From Macrostomum lignano (Eukaryota), in assembly GCA_002269645.1 (NCBI GenBank), contig NIVC01000462.1, forward strand, positions 153,516 to 217,515: 64,000 nt of DNA. The letters are read 5' to 3'. The position numbers were made by a program, and so were the translations under genes. Below, in pieces: positions 1 to 13,505 of the stretch. Each line of letters opens with the position of its first letter. Position 1 is the stretch's first letter. The notes under the pieces were generated by a model. It made no database searches. It saw nothing but the letters and a program-made list of their open reading frames with translations, and was not told where the DNA came from.

Positions 1-1099
1 ATCTTAGTACTGTTGTACTGCTAGTTTTCTCGAGATGGCCTGGTAAGGTCTTGTATCCATTGCTGCCACCAGTGAAGTACAGAGCCTTGACTTTCCACAT
101 GTATTTTGGTTCTGTCTTAAGTCTCGCGTCTCTTGAAGTCTTCTTGTAGCTCTCAAAAGCGTAGGTAGTGCTGCTACCAGCCTTCCGGTGAGGTGAGCTT
201 CCCCGTCGGAATCAACAAGTCAACGAACTCAGCACAGTGCATATTTGAAGATTAATTGAAGATTAACAAACAAGGCGTCCGGTCAGCAGGGCATGGGTGG
301 TTGGGAAGGCCGTGTTAGCCTCCTTTAGGCTTGGGCGTCTAAGTTAAGTCAGGCCAATAAAGGAAAGAGTTGATTGGACACTAAAACTGTCAAAAAATCT
401 TCGAAACTGAGAAACTAAGAACTAGAGAAACTCTTGACTGAACCAAAGATGAGGAGGTCCGTATTTATAGCCTGGGAATCTTCAGTGCACCAATGTGCGT
501 GAAACCTCGCTACTTGTTCTATTTTTAGAACTGACGTCACTTCCCGCCAGAGAGAAGCAGGGGTCCCTGGTAAAAAGTGCACAGGGCCATGTGACTCAGT
601 GTCTATTTTTAGAACATGGGTCACCTCTTACTTTAGAGAAGGCAAGGGCCCCGGGTACTTGATTCCTCAGTAAATACGGACCAGCAAGTGTTAGGACTTC
701 GAGAAAACAAGACTTGTCATGTGACTTTCAATGTCATGAAACAGGCCACTAGCATGACCTCAGGACAGGAACGAAACGCAGAGCAGGCCACAGCAAAGAA
801 GCTCGTGGCTGCAGCAAGAGCGCAGAGAAGGGGGGCGACTTAGAATAAGCGGCAGCCAGCCCCCCATCGGCGAGGGCAATGGCGACACCAAACTGGCGGC
901 TCACTACAGTACAGGCATAGTTACTACGCCGTTTACTCAAAAAGCATCCCGATTTTTTAGGATAACACGATTCCTAAGCAATCATCTGTTCGAATTTTCT
1001 TTCAAATTATTGTTGCTTTCACTCTGCTTTATTCCGACATAGTCTAGAAGAAGAATATGTAATTTTTCATATAAGCTTTGAATGAGTTCACTTCCAGCT

Positions 1100-1292
1100 C
1101 TGAAATATTATGGGCGTTATGGCACATCTGTGCTGCACACAACCCAAATTAAGAGGGTCTGAAGGTTGCTGTTAGTGCAGCGTGGACCAAGATGGATATG
1201 TATTACATCATCAAGGTATGCTCCAGCTCCAGGCCAGGGGCTCTGAAGGCATCAATTAAATACTCGTATTAACAGTTTTGCACCACCCAGTA
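1100..1292 (+). mobile_element. Degenerate Tc1/mariner (DD37D/maT-like) transposase C-terminal remnant with 3' TIR
   Basis: Translates as HNPN*EGLKVAVSAAWTKMDMYYIIKVCSSSRP..LKASI, resembling the mariner-like transposase C-terminus. It is followed by ttttgcaccacccag-TA (reverse complement TA-CTGGGTGGTGCAAAA), a typical TIR end with TA target. Confidence 0.45.
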
Positions 1293-2067
1293 TAGTTTCT
1301 TCATCTTGTCTGATATTTTACAGTTTATACTATTTGTACTACTATTGGAATCGAAAACCCAGCTTAATGAATAAGAGCAGTCCTCAATCTCATTAAACTC
1401 CGTAATTAGTGATTTAATAAATTTTCTGTGACTCCGTCTCTAACAACAAGATAACATACCAGTAGTTCCACACTATAGTTACTTCAGTCGAAAATCAAAT
1501 TTTAGCATTCAAAAAAATCTGTGGGTTGATTCACTAACAAATCTTGGATTGACTATTTAAAGTAGTTAGCTCTAAGTAGAAGGAATTTTACATCACCTAA
1601 AAGTTCAATCGTCAACTTTAAAAGCAGTTGGTTTCCAATTTTAAATTAATATATATGGAAATGGAAATACGCTACGGCCATTCGTCACAACGAGTTGCAA
1701 ATCGAAAAGCCAATCAAATCTACTGAAGTTTATAAAACTCTGTTCCTCTGTCTCGATACGAAATGAACCGAATCAACGAGAAGAAATTCTGATTGATATA
1801 TATACACATTACTATTGCATCTATGGTAAGTGAGTTAATAAATTTTCTCTACTTCATTATAGAATTTAAAACTAAATACATCTGAATAGTAAAATATTGA
1901 ATAATGTATACATCACAATTTCGTTTTCTTAATTTGCTTTGTTAAGGTTTACAAAACAGGTAAGGCAAAACTAATAAGTTTTAAAGAGAATCAAAAACTT
2001 CTAAAATTCAGTTGGAACTAGTTTAATAAAATATATAAGTTCATTTTTAATCCAAATAAAAATCTGG

Positions 2068-2298
2068 TTCAGACTAGTGGTTAGAGTGTCGGACTCACTA
2101 CTGAAAGATCGAGGGGTTCGATTCTCGACCCACTCGGAGCAATTTGCGTCCTTGAGCAATCCGCTTAACTGTAAAATGGGTGCCAGAATTAAATGGGGTT
2201 ATCGAGGGTGTGTGGCGACTTCCAATCCATGGACTGAACAGCCGTACGCAGCCTTGAGATGCACCGCGCAATAGCTGCGGCTGAGCTGTCGGTTGCAA
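2068..2298 (+). mobile_element. tRNA-derived SINE family 1 (CORE-like), copy 1
   Basis: A-box-like tagtggttagagt, B-box ggttcgattc, then gcgtccttgagcaa...ttaactgtaaaatgggtgccag. Homologous copies at 13229-13505 and 24533-24691. Confidence 0.75.
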
Positions 2299-2883
2299 AT
2301 CTGGTTCATTGGGGCGGGTTTAATCAGTTGTTATTGTAAAATATAATGCAGAAACTAAAAATACTTGGTAATAAACGTAAAATGTTCCATAAAAATGGCA
2401 GAAAATTTGCATTTCACAGAATAATCTGAACGTGCTTTGCTTTCATCTGTGTTGTCATCTAAACTGTGAAATCCCCAATTTTCCTTTTTTAGTTTCCGGC
2501 TTTCATCCGGGCAATCGGCGCTACTGATTTTTAACTGTTAATGACAGCTGAGCTCAAGTTACAGTGAAAATTTCAAATTCTTGGTGCAATATTCCTGCAG
2601 TTGAACTTATTGCATTATGGACTTTTTTGATAATTTATTTTTTTGAAATTTTTGACTAGCTAATCTGGCATTTTTTATTAAGCCTTGATCGTTTACTGTG
2701 CTACTGATTGACTTGTTACTAAAGCTTTTTATCTGTTAAACTTCTGAATGCATTTTTCGAATGGTTAATAAACAGAAGCAACTATTTCTTTTAAAATGTG
2801 AAACAATTGAAAAAATATTTACAAGAATATGCTGTCGCAAAATAAGCGCAATCAATTGATGCCTTTATCGAACTCGTTCTTTG

Positions 2884-3620
2884 ACTCAGCTGCAGAGGGC
2901 TCCCGACATCCGGATGCAGCGAGGAGGCTTTGCCGCCCATTCCGCTAACCCCTGGCGACCACGGGCAGCTAGTCCAGGAGGTGGATGGTCGCTCGCCCGG
3001 TAGCCCTTAGGTAGCGGACGAGCTGGCAGAGATTCTCGGGCCTGAAAACGTCGGGAAAAGTCCGGGTTTGGGCTGAGGTAGGTGAGCCTGACCTGAGTAA
3101 AGGCGGGGTATTCACAGATGAAGTGCTCCGCATTCTTGACACTGGAGAGGCAGAATGGGCATTCCTCACTGCGGATTTTTCCCTGGAGAAAGTGACGATG
3201 TCTGGCAAAATAGCCATGAAACGAGAGGTCCATGCATGTTTACCGCTCTGATGCCCCTGTGGTTGAGTCGAAGCGGGGCCTAACTCGGTTATTTGGCTGT
3301 TGCTTTCAATACTTGGTTCAGTTGGGTAGAGTTTAGAATGATGGGAAAAATTATGGCTTTTTAGGTACGGACCTAAATAACAAGAGTTGGTATTTTGCCA
3401 GTGTCGTGGAAATTCCATGGATTGTATAGGGAGCAAATCATTTGCACACATGACACATCCCATCGGCATTTTCAGCTCATGTCCTAGGCAGCTACTATAG
3501 CAAGAATGCTGCAGGTCAATGCTCAGTGGAATTCTAGGCAGAGAGATACAGTTTACAGACCCTTGCCATTGGGCTGGCCCCCTACTACATGTATAAGGCA
3601 ACTCCTATTCCTTAATCCAA
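2884..3620 (-). mobile_element. Non-LTR retrotransposon (LINE, RNase H-bearing I/Loa/R1-like group) 3' fragment
   Basis: Minus-strand [19 protein letters not shown] zinc-knuckle-like C-terminus. The 3' end cagctgagtcaa matches the tails of the copies at 24.8 kb and 34.7 kb. Confidence 0.75.
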
Positions 3621-3774
3621 ATGTCTAAGTGGGTGAAGACTAGAGCGCTTTGTCGGCTCTGTCGATTGAGTGGCGGAAGTTCCTCCTTTCTAAAGACAAC
3701 ATCCCAACTTGCGAAAGTTCGAATACGTTTGAACTCTGATTGATGACGTCCCTCCGGTTTAGAAAAGCTTAAGC

Positions 3775-4011
3775 CAGGGGCGTCGCCACATACGGGGAAT
3801 AGGGGGGGGGAGGCAGTAGAAAACTATCACCTGCACCCCCATAATTGGTGCCTGCAAAATTGGTAACGGCAAAATTGGTGCCTGCAGCGGCGCCAAAATG
3901 AGTGCCTGCGATGCCAAAATGAGTGCTAACAACGCCGATTCTCGAAAATAATGTACATGTACGAATTCTAGCCTATGCCCCGCCCCCAAAATGTCTATGG
4001 CGACACCCCTA
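3775..4011. mobile_element. MITE with about 16-bp imperfect TIRs
   Basis: Left end caggggcgtcgccaca vs reverse complement of right end taggggtgtcgccata. Internal short repeats aaaattggtgcctgca. No clear TSD. Confidence 0.5.
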
Positions 4012-4688
4012 GGAAGCACAGGAAACCATCGTTCCCAAAGAAGGAATTGACCTGGATAGCCATGAGGCGGGACGCTAGCTGCTTTGCTGCTTGAAGAGCA
4101 TTAATAAATACGAGTAAGATGAAGGCTTTGGTCAGTGAGCAGAAGATTCTGGGGAAGGAAGACGATAAGCTGCAATCAAGAAGCGAAGGATCAGTGAGAA
4201 TTAAGTTGACGAACCAAGCCATTGCAAAGGTTGCCAGGCAGCAGCTAGGTGATTTATTGGTTAAAAAACACATGGATGGAATTGAACACGCACGTTCCCA
4301 CTTTTTTCTTGTCCGTCTTGTTGTGTCGCGGGTTCTGCTATTTTTTAAATTTATACAGGGTACTTTGTAGGGCGCATGTTTTTCTTGCTTCTTGTGCATG
4401 AATATAGTGTCAACACTAGGTTTGGGTTTTTTCTGTCAATGTGTTCGCTTTTTATATTTTGGCCTACATGGTAGCTGTAGCAGCACTGTGTCAATCATGA
4501 GCCGTCACCCGTGGTAAAGCGAAGAATTATTAATTAATAGGTTTCGAAGCTGAGTGTAAAATATAGGTTTATTTGTTTTGTTTAAGTGCACGGTACGTGA
4601 TTAAAACAAGAGTGATTGGGAAGCGAGAAGCAAGTCTACGAGCTACGTTTAGCTAGAAACGAAGGGTGTATGGAGTTCATGTTTCTAA

Positions 4689-5149
4689 GGGTGGGTTTCA
4701 CAAACGCGAAATTTCATAACCGCTAAAAGCACTTGCTTTCATAAACGCGAAACTTCACAAACGCGAAACTTCACAACCGCGAAACTTCACAACCGCTAAA
4801 TCACCTACTTTCATAAGCGCTAAATTTCATAAACGCGAAACTTCACAACCGCAAAATTTTTTGCTGTCACTCACAAACGCGAAACTTCACAACCGCGAAA
4901 CTTCACAAACGCGAAACTTCACAACCGCTAAATGTCATCTACTTTCACAACCGCGAAACTTCACAACCGCTAAAAAGACTGCAGTATATGAAAGTTTGTG
5001 CAAAATTTTTAGCGGTTGTGAAGTTTCGCGTTTATGAAAGTGACTGCAAAAAAGTTAGCGGTTGTGAAGTTTCGCGTTTGTGAAGTTTCGCGTTTGTGAA
5101 AGCAAGTGCTTTTAGCGGTTATGAAATTTCGCGTTTGTGAAACCCACCC
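4689..5149. mobile_element. Foldback-type element with about 90-bp near-perfect TIRs built from tandem subrepeats
   Basis: Begins gggtgggtttcacaaacgcgaaatttcataaccgctaaaagcacttgc and ends with the reverse complement of this. The interior is copies of aaacgcgaaacttcac/aaccgc. Confidence 0.8.
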
Positions 5150-6560
5150 CGCGAAGGTCACGGATGTTGTCCGGGTGGTCAGAGGGTGGCCGAGGTATTT
5201 ATGCCGCGCATTATTGAAGTAAGGGCGGAAGGTGACGTGATGCTCCACGGTCTCCTCTCCTATGCCACAGAAAGTACAGGTGGAAAGGCAACCGGTTTGC
5301 AAGGAGAATGTCTCTGGAAGAATCCATGGCCGGTTAGGACCATGCACGTCTCACTGAGGTCGGTTCTGTTAAGTGATATCAGATATTCAGACTTCTGTTC
5401 AGGTTAAGCATTGCAGAGCGGGTCTGCCTGTAGTCGTTGCAGCTGTTCCAGTGGAGCTGATGGACCTGTTGATATGGCGGTTGACTTGCGACCTAGGCAT
5501 GGGTTAGCCTCGGGGGGCCGTAGCCCAGCGGTAGCGCAGCTGCTCTGGTGTGCCAGCGACCCAGGCTCGATTCCAAGTGAAGTCACATTAATTTGGGGCT
5601 GAATTGGAATCTCGGCTTGGCTCTGCTCGTGCAATTAACGGCCTTGAGAGCCAACCCCCCAAGGCGCAGTTAAGTGTACATGCCTAACGATAATATAAAG
5701 TTAGGGCCGCTGTACACTCCTGTGTGAGTGTGTGCCTGCGTACGTATCCGCGCGCTTGTATGCCATGCTCAGGGGAGTCGGCGGAATGGGCAGTAATGCC
5801 TATCGCCGGTTGTGTGCCTATGTCTCTTAAAGTGCGCCAGTGTGCACACAACCCCCCTGCCTCTAATAAAAACAAAAACTGGGTAGCCTCATCAGACGGT
5901 GGTTGCCGTCTGGGTTGCTGCCCTCCTTGGTGAGAGAATCCGCGAGCTCCGCGTTGCCCAGGATATTGTTGTGGACCGGGTGTTCAGATAGCTCGTATGT
6001 AATTCTAATCCTGTTAAGGACTGAAAGGGCCGGATTGCACACTGCGGCGGCATTGTGAGATGCTGTTGTAGCGGAGATTTTCTTGGTGCAATAAGGACCT
6101 CGATAGATCGTAGCGGCTTGGCTATCAGTGTAAAAATGAATATTAAATTATTAATATTCGCCTGGAGCAAGTGCTGAGCGCACTGCTCAATGGCGCAAAT
6201 TTCGGCTTGCAAAACTGAGGTGCAGACTTTCCTGAAAGAGCATTTTACCCTCGTGGAAGATGGCAATACCCGCTCCAACGCGGCCGTTGAACAACGAGCC
6301 GTCGGTGAAGCAGTGAATGCCCTGGCTATGACGGTTCACGCCGACATCCAGCGGAAAGCTGTCTCGACCAGTGATGGCCGTATAAAAGTCCCTCCTGATG
6401 TTAAGAGCAGGGAGGCGAGTAACTAATAATTGTATATGTAGTAACGTAGCTTGCGCTGCGCTTATTTCTGTATAGCTACATGTACCATAGCTACAGCACA
6501 ATACACTCGAATATTCCTCAAAATGTAGCTTGCGTAGATCCTTTGCAGGCACCATTAAAT
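5150..6560 (-). mobile_element. Decayed LINE fragment (RNase H + zinc knuckle), interrupted by a SINE
   Basis: [14 protein letters not shown] and [14 protein letters not shown] (RNase H) at 5.9-6.3 kb. HQLHWNSCNDYRQTR near 5.45 kb. [13 protein letters not shown] at 5.2-5.3 kb. Confidence 0.75.
5512..5879 (+). mobile_element. tRNA-derived SINE family 2, copy 1 (with TSD)
   Basis: Head ggggccgtagcccagcgg...ggctcgattcc, A-rich tail, flanking duplication tgggttagcctc / tgggtagcctc. Homologues at 46.64 kb and 49.82 kb. Confidence 0.8.
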
Positions 6561-6824
6561 TTAATCCATTAAACTTTTATTGATTCCTTGTCAATCAGAA
6601 GCAGTCGCCTAAAGGTTCTATCGAATATATTTTGCTTCACGTATAGCTAAATTGCTTTGCAGACATTACAATATTGTGACTAATATATCCTCATTTTCAG
6701 TATGAAAATTTACTTGCGTTGAGTTTGCTCAGAGCTGCAATTCTGTTAGGCGTTTCCGTGTGTGACAAAGTCAATTCGGGATTCCCGAATGTAGTAGATC
6801 TACTATAATATGCGATGCAGAAAT

Positions 6825-8441
6825 TCAGCCTCGAACAAAGTACACTCCATCGGTGCTGCTCAGGTTGGCAGGCGGGTAGGCGAACCTCAGCAGGTGGCAC
6901 AGGCGCTGCTGGCCAGAGAAAATCACAGCCTGGCAGTCGGGGTTGGCCTCGCACAGAGTCACGCAGCCAACATCGGCTGCTGCTGCTCGACTCCAGTAGG
7001 TCAGCCAGGTCGCTTCCACCGTCAGGGCCGGCATGGCAGCCCTTCTGAAGCAGGTTTTGTCTGCGAAATTCGGTTGAAGCATTGTTGAATTACATGTGCG
7101 AGATGCTGCATGACCGTTAGACAGGCTAATTGAAGTCCTGCAGTGACTACTAACTGCAGTTATACTTAATTGTAGGATGCTGGTTGCCAGATTTTCAATT
7201 TTGTAGGTCACTTCCAAATTGTAAATTTGAAGAAGGTAATGGTACTTACATACAGAAAGAAGATAAATGAAATCAGATTAGCAATAATTCATTGGATAGA
7301 AACTACGTAATTAAGATCAAAGGGTGATTACTTTTGTTGGTTAAACGTTAATCCCTTTCAAAACTTGCAAAAGGAAACAAAATCACCAAGCTAACAAGGA
7401 ACGAGAAGTATGTATAATAATCTACTAAAACGAGGAGAATGTCTATGCTCGCTTCGCTCGCATTTTTTCCTTTGGTACTTTCTGTTGCCTCGGAGATTCT
7501 GCATAGACATTCTCCTCGTTTCAGTTGGTTATTGAAGTGTAATTCCACGAATGCAAGGAACGGAGAATATATTGACTAGATTCGCGGAGATAATGAGTAT
7601 TCTCCGCCCCCTGTATTCGCAGGACACGTTTTGTCTATGGTAGAAGAAAGTGTTCAATCAACCTCACTCTGGCTCACGGCCTTAACTTTATTGTCTATGG
7701 CAGCGGAGGTTACTTAGTGAGAATCTCCGCTAGCAAAGCACTAACGACATAGACAAGGCGTACAGGCAAAGTGGGATACATACGTACCATGAATACACTA
7801 GACTCGATACCATACCACTGAGCAGCTCACATCTGATACTTGCACCAAAGTGTTCAATTCTGTGTGATTCTCTCCCACCTATCCCCAAGGCACAGAGTAC
7901 GTGTATACATAGAGCTGAAGATTAATTAGAAAGAGCATGAGGCCTGCTGTGCACTCTGTACATGTCTTCTGCATGCGAGTGCTCAGGAGTGAATAGAATA
8001 GCCATTCGAGCTAGCCTCATCGCCAGCTGCAAGTCGGCACTCACTCGGGTAGGTCAGCGCAAACACGGAGTTCTTGTACGCGTCTCCGCATGTCTGAGAG
8101 CCGTTTCCCCGGCAAGCGGTGCTGCACTCGCTCTCCGCAGCAGTTCCGTGCGATCCGTAGGACTTGCCACAGAAGCACTGACGGCCCACCTGGACACCGA
8201 AGTACGGAAAACCGCCCAGAGAGCAGACGCTGCTGCACAGCTCGTGACTCTGCTGGCTGGTCTTCACTCCGGTCGTGACGCTGAACTCACCGATTCTACT
8301 CACGCCATCCAGTCCGTTCAAGTCCCTGACCGAGTTGTCCTTGTAGCAGCCGACATAGGAGAACTGGACCTCTCTGGTAGACACGCTGGCTGCCAGAACA
8401 GCCAGGATGCAGGATGCTTGGATGGACACTAGCCCAAGCAT
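6825..8441 (-). CDS. Secreted WSC + PAN/Apple-like protein, copy 1 (subfamily B), 210 aa
   Basis: Exon 1 8441-8045: hydrophobic signal, YVGCYKD..ELCSSVC..FGVQ..CFCG..C...C.GN..CG, donor GTGAGT. Exon 2 7060-6825: acceptor ttcgcAG, GCVTLC..DC..LCHLL. Phase-1 intron joins in frame. Confidence 0.85.
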
Positions 8442-10967
8442 TGCAAGCTTGGAATTGACGGAAACTCTTTAGGCAGCTCCCTTTTAAACAAATAATTTTT
8501 GTCTGCTCGCGGTAGTTTTATGCAAGACACTGCTGCTGAATTGTGCAAACCAAAAGTAAATGCCATCTATACTACTGAGAAAAAAGTAGATTCCTCCGTT
8601 ATCGGTTTGCTTTACTCTGTAAATTAGTCACAATTATTCATCTGTTTGTTTCTCTACTTTGAGATGTGGATGAGGCCAAGTTTGACCCAGAAAAGATATG
8701 CTGTGAGAAGCCCCAAACTACTGGAGCAGCCCCCTAGGAGATTTGTTCAAGCAGGTTCTGAAGGTCTTTGTATTGAGTCAGTCACATTAAGAGCTGGCTT
8801 GAATGCCTGCTTGTAACAACCTATCTGAAAGTACATGTGGGGGAGTTTAATAAATAAGAGTTACCCTCAGCTGAAACGACAGCCTGCCAAGGAGTTCTGT
8901 AAAACTGGCCATCTTTGAATGAAAAATGTCCCATAAATACCCTCTTCAAAGCCAAAAATTATCGATTGAAATAATAGTTAGACTGTGCAATGTAATTCAT
9001 TCAAAAAGCGGCAAAGTTTTTTTTCTATCATATGCTGAATTTTTTAAAGATAAACTAAACATGCAATAGTGCAGTGTTAAACAAATTAATGCACACTGAA
9101 GATAGGTCAAAGCAAACACTGAGGGAGTTTTGACTCAAGTCACCCCGTAGTCATAGTAACAGAGGCCTTCACTTTGGTTGTCTTTCGCGCTAAAATATTA
9201 GATAATGAAATATCTACATGGACCGAGCGCGTGCCGACATATACATGTAGTAGAAGTCAACCAAAAGCTAGAAAGGTGCAGGCCGTTACTATAAAGTGAT
9301 GCCTCTTTGGTAAAACAAGCATTTTTAGTGTTGCTCCTGGTGCTCAGTGATCGGTGGTTGGAATCGATGTGTCTTCTAGGAGTATAGTTTATAACGAAAA
9401 ATGGGTTGGCGCTTTGTATCTTATTGTTGAATACGCGACCAGTGAGACACCGGATGACTTACTTTGAGTAGTAAGAACTACAGTTAGTTTAACTTTCTCT
9501 CTTCTAATCTACACTACTTTACCTGACTCATTTGGGGAGGATTTCGCCTTGTGAAAAACATTTTAAAGCTTATCCTTGAAGCATTGGTTTTTGTTGTGCT
9601 CTATGCGGACTGGCCACTGTACACTGTGTCCCCTCTCCTCCTGCAGCCAATCAGCTCCGGTCCATCTCACTGGCATTGCAACGCACACACCATCCACCTC
9701 TCCAACTAAGAATAGCCTTCATAAATCTAAGCCCTTACGCAAGACATTGTACTCACTCATCTATTACCATTGAAATGAAAATGGAAGACAGTCCTCTGGA
9801 CCAGTCTCTTGCATTCAACGTGGAACAAATTGAATAAGCTGGTGCCGTGGAATCATCTTCTCATGAGGTGGAACACTGTTGGCGCTTTTACCCTTGGCTT
9901 TGCAGTGACTGCAATTGGACCTCGCCTGTAACAAATCTTCACGTTGTTTGTCAGTGCACTTGGCACTTTTCATCTCGCCTCGCCTACTCTCTTTGCTCTC
10001 GACGTGCTTCTTTAACAGCGAATTTTTATAGAAAGCTGCGAGCAGCTGTGTCTCAGAGCTTTGTTTTTTCAAACTGTTTCCACCTTCCAGCTGGTGAATT
10101 TGCCTTGAATTTGAGAAGGCTTGAATTTCTTCTCAGTTTTTTGCATGCGCTCACAAGAGGCTTCAGGGAATTGTTCCAGTCTTTCCGCTCAGCAGCGAAT
10201 CTGCTACAGATGAGAGCAGCTCGCAGGTTGCTTCCAGTTTCCGCTCCATAAATTCACTCTCACCAGTCAGATGTCTGGCCTCCCAGTTTCCTGAACTTCA
10301 ATAGTTGCAAATTCAGACACCGGGACATTCATTCTATTGACTAAATGAACTTTTACTAGCGTTATTTTACGATAACGCTAAGGTTGACTGATTCTAATGC
10401 TGTCCCAAATTTCAAGTCACAGCTCTGGGTCTCTTACGGTATCTGATATTTTTCCAGCTGTCGGTCTGTCTACTCGGCAATGCGGATAACGTTAACGTTG
10501 ACTCAGGAGGTTTAGGTTATTGAGAACCGCAGAATTTGACAAGAGCTCGCTTCTATCCATCGGAACCTAAAAAACTCTTTTTTTCTTTCTCTATCTTTCA
10601 CCAGACTGCTTTTGAACTAACTCCTGAGATGCTATCACCATCGGGCTGTCATCAGTTGACACATCAAGCCCGTGGCTTGGCGCTTTGTCCTGTATTGGCG
10701 TCCGGTGAACACCGTTGAAATTGACTCTGTCCTGGTCCACGTGTCTCAGAACGGGTCAATCTACATGTAATTTACATGTAACTGAATTTGTCGACTCAAT
10801 CAATTAAGAGACCCTCAAAATTTCAGATTTGCAGTTGATATTTGAAATTGCTTAACACAATAAAGCATAGCCAAAATATGATTCTGGTGTATTTTTAAAG
10901 GCCTGCTTCGATAATGATTCAGAATTCTTCTCAGTTTTTTTATTACATCGAACAGACCCACTCAGCC

Positions 10968-11915
10968 TCACAGCTTCATCCAGACCCACTCAGCTTCGCT
11001 GGCCACCTCAGCGGGCACAGCGGCGAATCTCAGCAGGCGGCACATGCGGCTCGAAGGCACGAAGGCGCAGCCCTGACAGTCCGGGCTTCGCTTGCAGGCG
11101 GCAGCGCACTGGATGGCGCTCTTGGCAGAGACGCTGCTGTGGGTGATGAAGCTCAGTGAAGCTGAGATGCTCGGCATGGCAGAAACTGCCAGCTTTGTCA
11201 CTGTTTGGTCAGCTGCAAAGTTGAATTAAAACAGAATTCAGTAAAAAAACTACGTCACAACTAGGAGCGCATTTATATGGGCAAATCTCTGTGACTTATT
11301 CAATAGGCATTTTCCAAGAGTGTGCATTTGCAGCAGAGTTTTAAAAAGAACATCTTAGAAATAGTTAATTTGTTACAGGCATCCAGCTTCGTGTGAGAGT
11401 TGTTGACGTTTTAACGACGTTAGAACATACTGTGCATACTATGCTACTGTGGCAAGAAAAACAACAAGCGCTTCAGAAAAATCGCTCTTACCCTGATTAT
11501 AAATATTTTCGTAGACGGAGTTCCTCTGAATTCCACCGCAGATTTGGGATGAGTTTCCCTTGCAATTATACGAGCAGTCACTCTCCGGGGCGGGACCGAA
11601 CGAGCCGTAGCTGTTGCCGCAGCAGCAGTATGCACGGTACCTCGTACCGAAGTACCGAAATCTCCCATAAGCGCAGATCTGGCTGCACAGCTGCAGCGTC
11701 ATCGAAGTGTTTCGAACAAGAAAAGGATTTTCTGAATGGGTCGAATGCGGACCGAGTGCAGTGACTCCAACGAGACCTGCCATATCGGGGTCCGCAGAGT
11801 CCACGAAGCAACCGATGTAGCGGAATGCCGTCGGATGAGGTGGCACCGAAGTCAAGCAGCTTCCGAACGCCGCCCACATCATCAAGTAGCCTACAGAAGA
11901 GCTTTTTGAAGACAT
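10968..11915 (-). CDS. WSC + PAN/Apple-like protein, copy 2, 222 aa
   Basis: Exon 1 11915-11492: MSSKSS.., YIGCFVD, LCSQIC, FGTRY..CCCG, CGG, donor GTAAGA. Exon 2 11212-10968 after ctttgcAG. Phase 1, in frame. The signal peptide is weaker than in the paralogues. Confidence 0.8.
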
Positions 11916-13228
11916 TTGAAGCTTGTGCTGGTCTTTACGGTCAGTGTTTGGAGTTTTTGGCGTTTCAGAATATTCCAGCTTTGTGCTGTGAAGAACCAGT
12001 CTGGCTACCGGCTTATGTTTTGATTGCAACAGCTTCTGGAGTTTTTTCCACTCGGGAATGGCTGTCTGGTTACCTGGGGACTCAGCCAGTGAGAAATCAA
12101 CTGCATTTGGCTCTTTTGTAAGCCCGTGTTGCCCTCATGGACCACTAAAATTGATTCAAGGACGCTGTTAAGTCAAGGACGTTCAACTGAATTCCGCCTC
12201 GCTGAGCACTCGATCAGTCTCCTCGCTCAGACGCTTGTGAGCTGTTTTATGTGAACCTTGAATTATTTAAGTGGACAACCTAACAGAATATTCCTGTGTT
12301 GCTTATGATGACCGTGTGTTGATACCAAAGATACGCCCAAGTCGGGGAATAAGAGGGTGTTGGTGTCTGTTAGACATGCAACTCTTAAAACTGTGTTGAT
12401 GTCGGTTAGACATGCCACTCCCAAATCAGGTGATACAGGGTGTTGCTGCCCTCTGACACCGCAATCACAAATCAAGCCACATAGCTCGTAAGTACCATAA
12501 CATTTATATCCATGCAAGCTTGTAAAGCATGGTAATTTACTCGTACTTGATCGGTGGGAGTCAAATGCTTCTGACAGTCAAATTTTACAGACAAATTCGC
12601 CATTTTCCTTAGAGTACAAATGAGAATTTTCGACAGAATTGTGACAGCATCCCCCACAAAGCTGCAAACAGATTACCATGCAGTGTCTCGATTCAGAAGA
12701 TCGAGCTTCATGTATCCTTAGGACTCGCTACTAAAGCGCTAGGCCACACGAGACTAAATATTTAATTTAAAGTGTGAAAAAATGATACTCTGATTTTGGC
12801 ATTATGCCGAAATTTTTATACCGCTACTTTTCAGTAGGCAAAAAAGCAAATGATGTGATTTTCTTAACGGATCGGCTTAAACGCCTTCGCATCAGTTTAT
12901 CAGTGTTGTGTAGATAAGAGGATTGGATTTCGGTTGATTTACAAGTTAAACAGCAGTAGTTTCTCAAGAGATTCCCTCAAGAGTTGAGTGTCTGTCACAC
13001 GTGAGTAGGTCAGGACGAAAGGTGACGTAGCAAGCATTATTTTCGGATAGTCAGCGATGCAGAGAGTTGTAACTGTTGCATCCGTATGAGTGTGTTATCG
13101 CTATACATGAAATTGTGTTTAGCTTATAGCAGGAATTACTCAAACGACGACCAAGATGAGACACGTTACTCGTACTTAATAAAAATGATAATAGTAATCA
13201 TTAATTACACCCGCTCTAATGAGCAGAT

Positions 13229-13505
13229 GTACGTGCAACCGACAGCTCAGCCGCAGCAATTGCGCGGCGCATCTGAAGGCTGCGTACGGCTGTTCAGTCC
13301 AAGGACTGGGGTGTCACCACCACAGTATATTCTGTGGTCACCACTAAATTACCCCAGCTAATGCTGGCACCCATTTTACAGCTGGGTGAACTGAAGCAAT
13401 GCAGATTTAATTGTCTTGCTCAAGGACACAAATTGTTCCGAGCGGGTCGAGAATCGAACTCCCAAGCTTTCAGTCGTGAGTCTGACAATCAAGCCATTTG
13501 GCTAC
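13229..13505 (-). mobile_element. tRNA-derived SINE family 1, copy 2
   Basis: Reverse-complement homologue of 2068-2298, with an AT-rich tail to its left. Confidence 0.75.

Noticed and set aside
1-660. Open minus-strand frame at 1-200 and a short direct repeat (ctatttttagaac at about 519 and 603)
   Set aside because: No recognisable motif, start or splice context. It may be a retroelement end but cannot be supported.
2068-2150. tRNA genes (also 5512, 46640, 49821)
   Set aside because: The tRNA-like heads continue into shared SINE bodies and do not form complete cloverleaves.
3995-4399. 134-aa minus-strand ORF
   Set aside because: No recognisable domain, and it lies among TE fragments.
8700-8990. 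Possible Penelope-like RT fragment (FSFKDGQFY)
   Set aside because: A single short motif with stops nearby, which is insufficient evidence.
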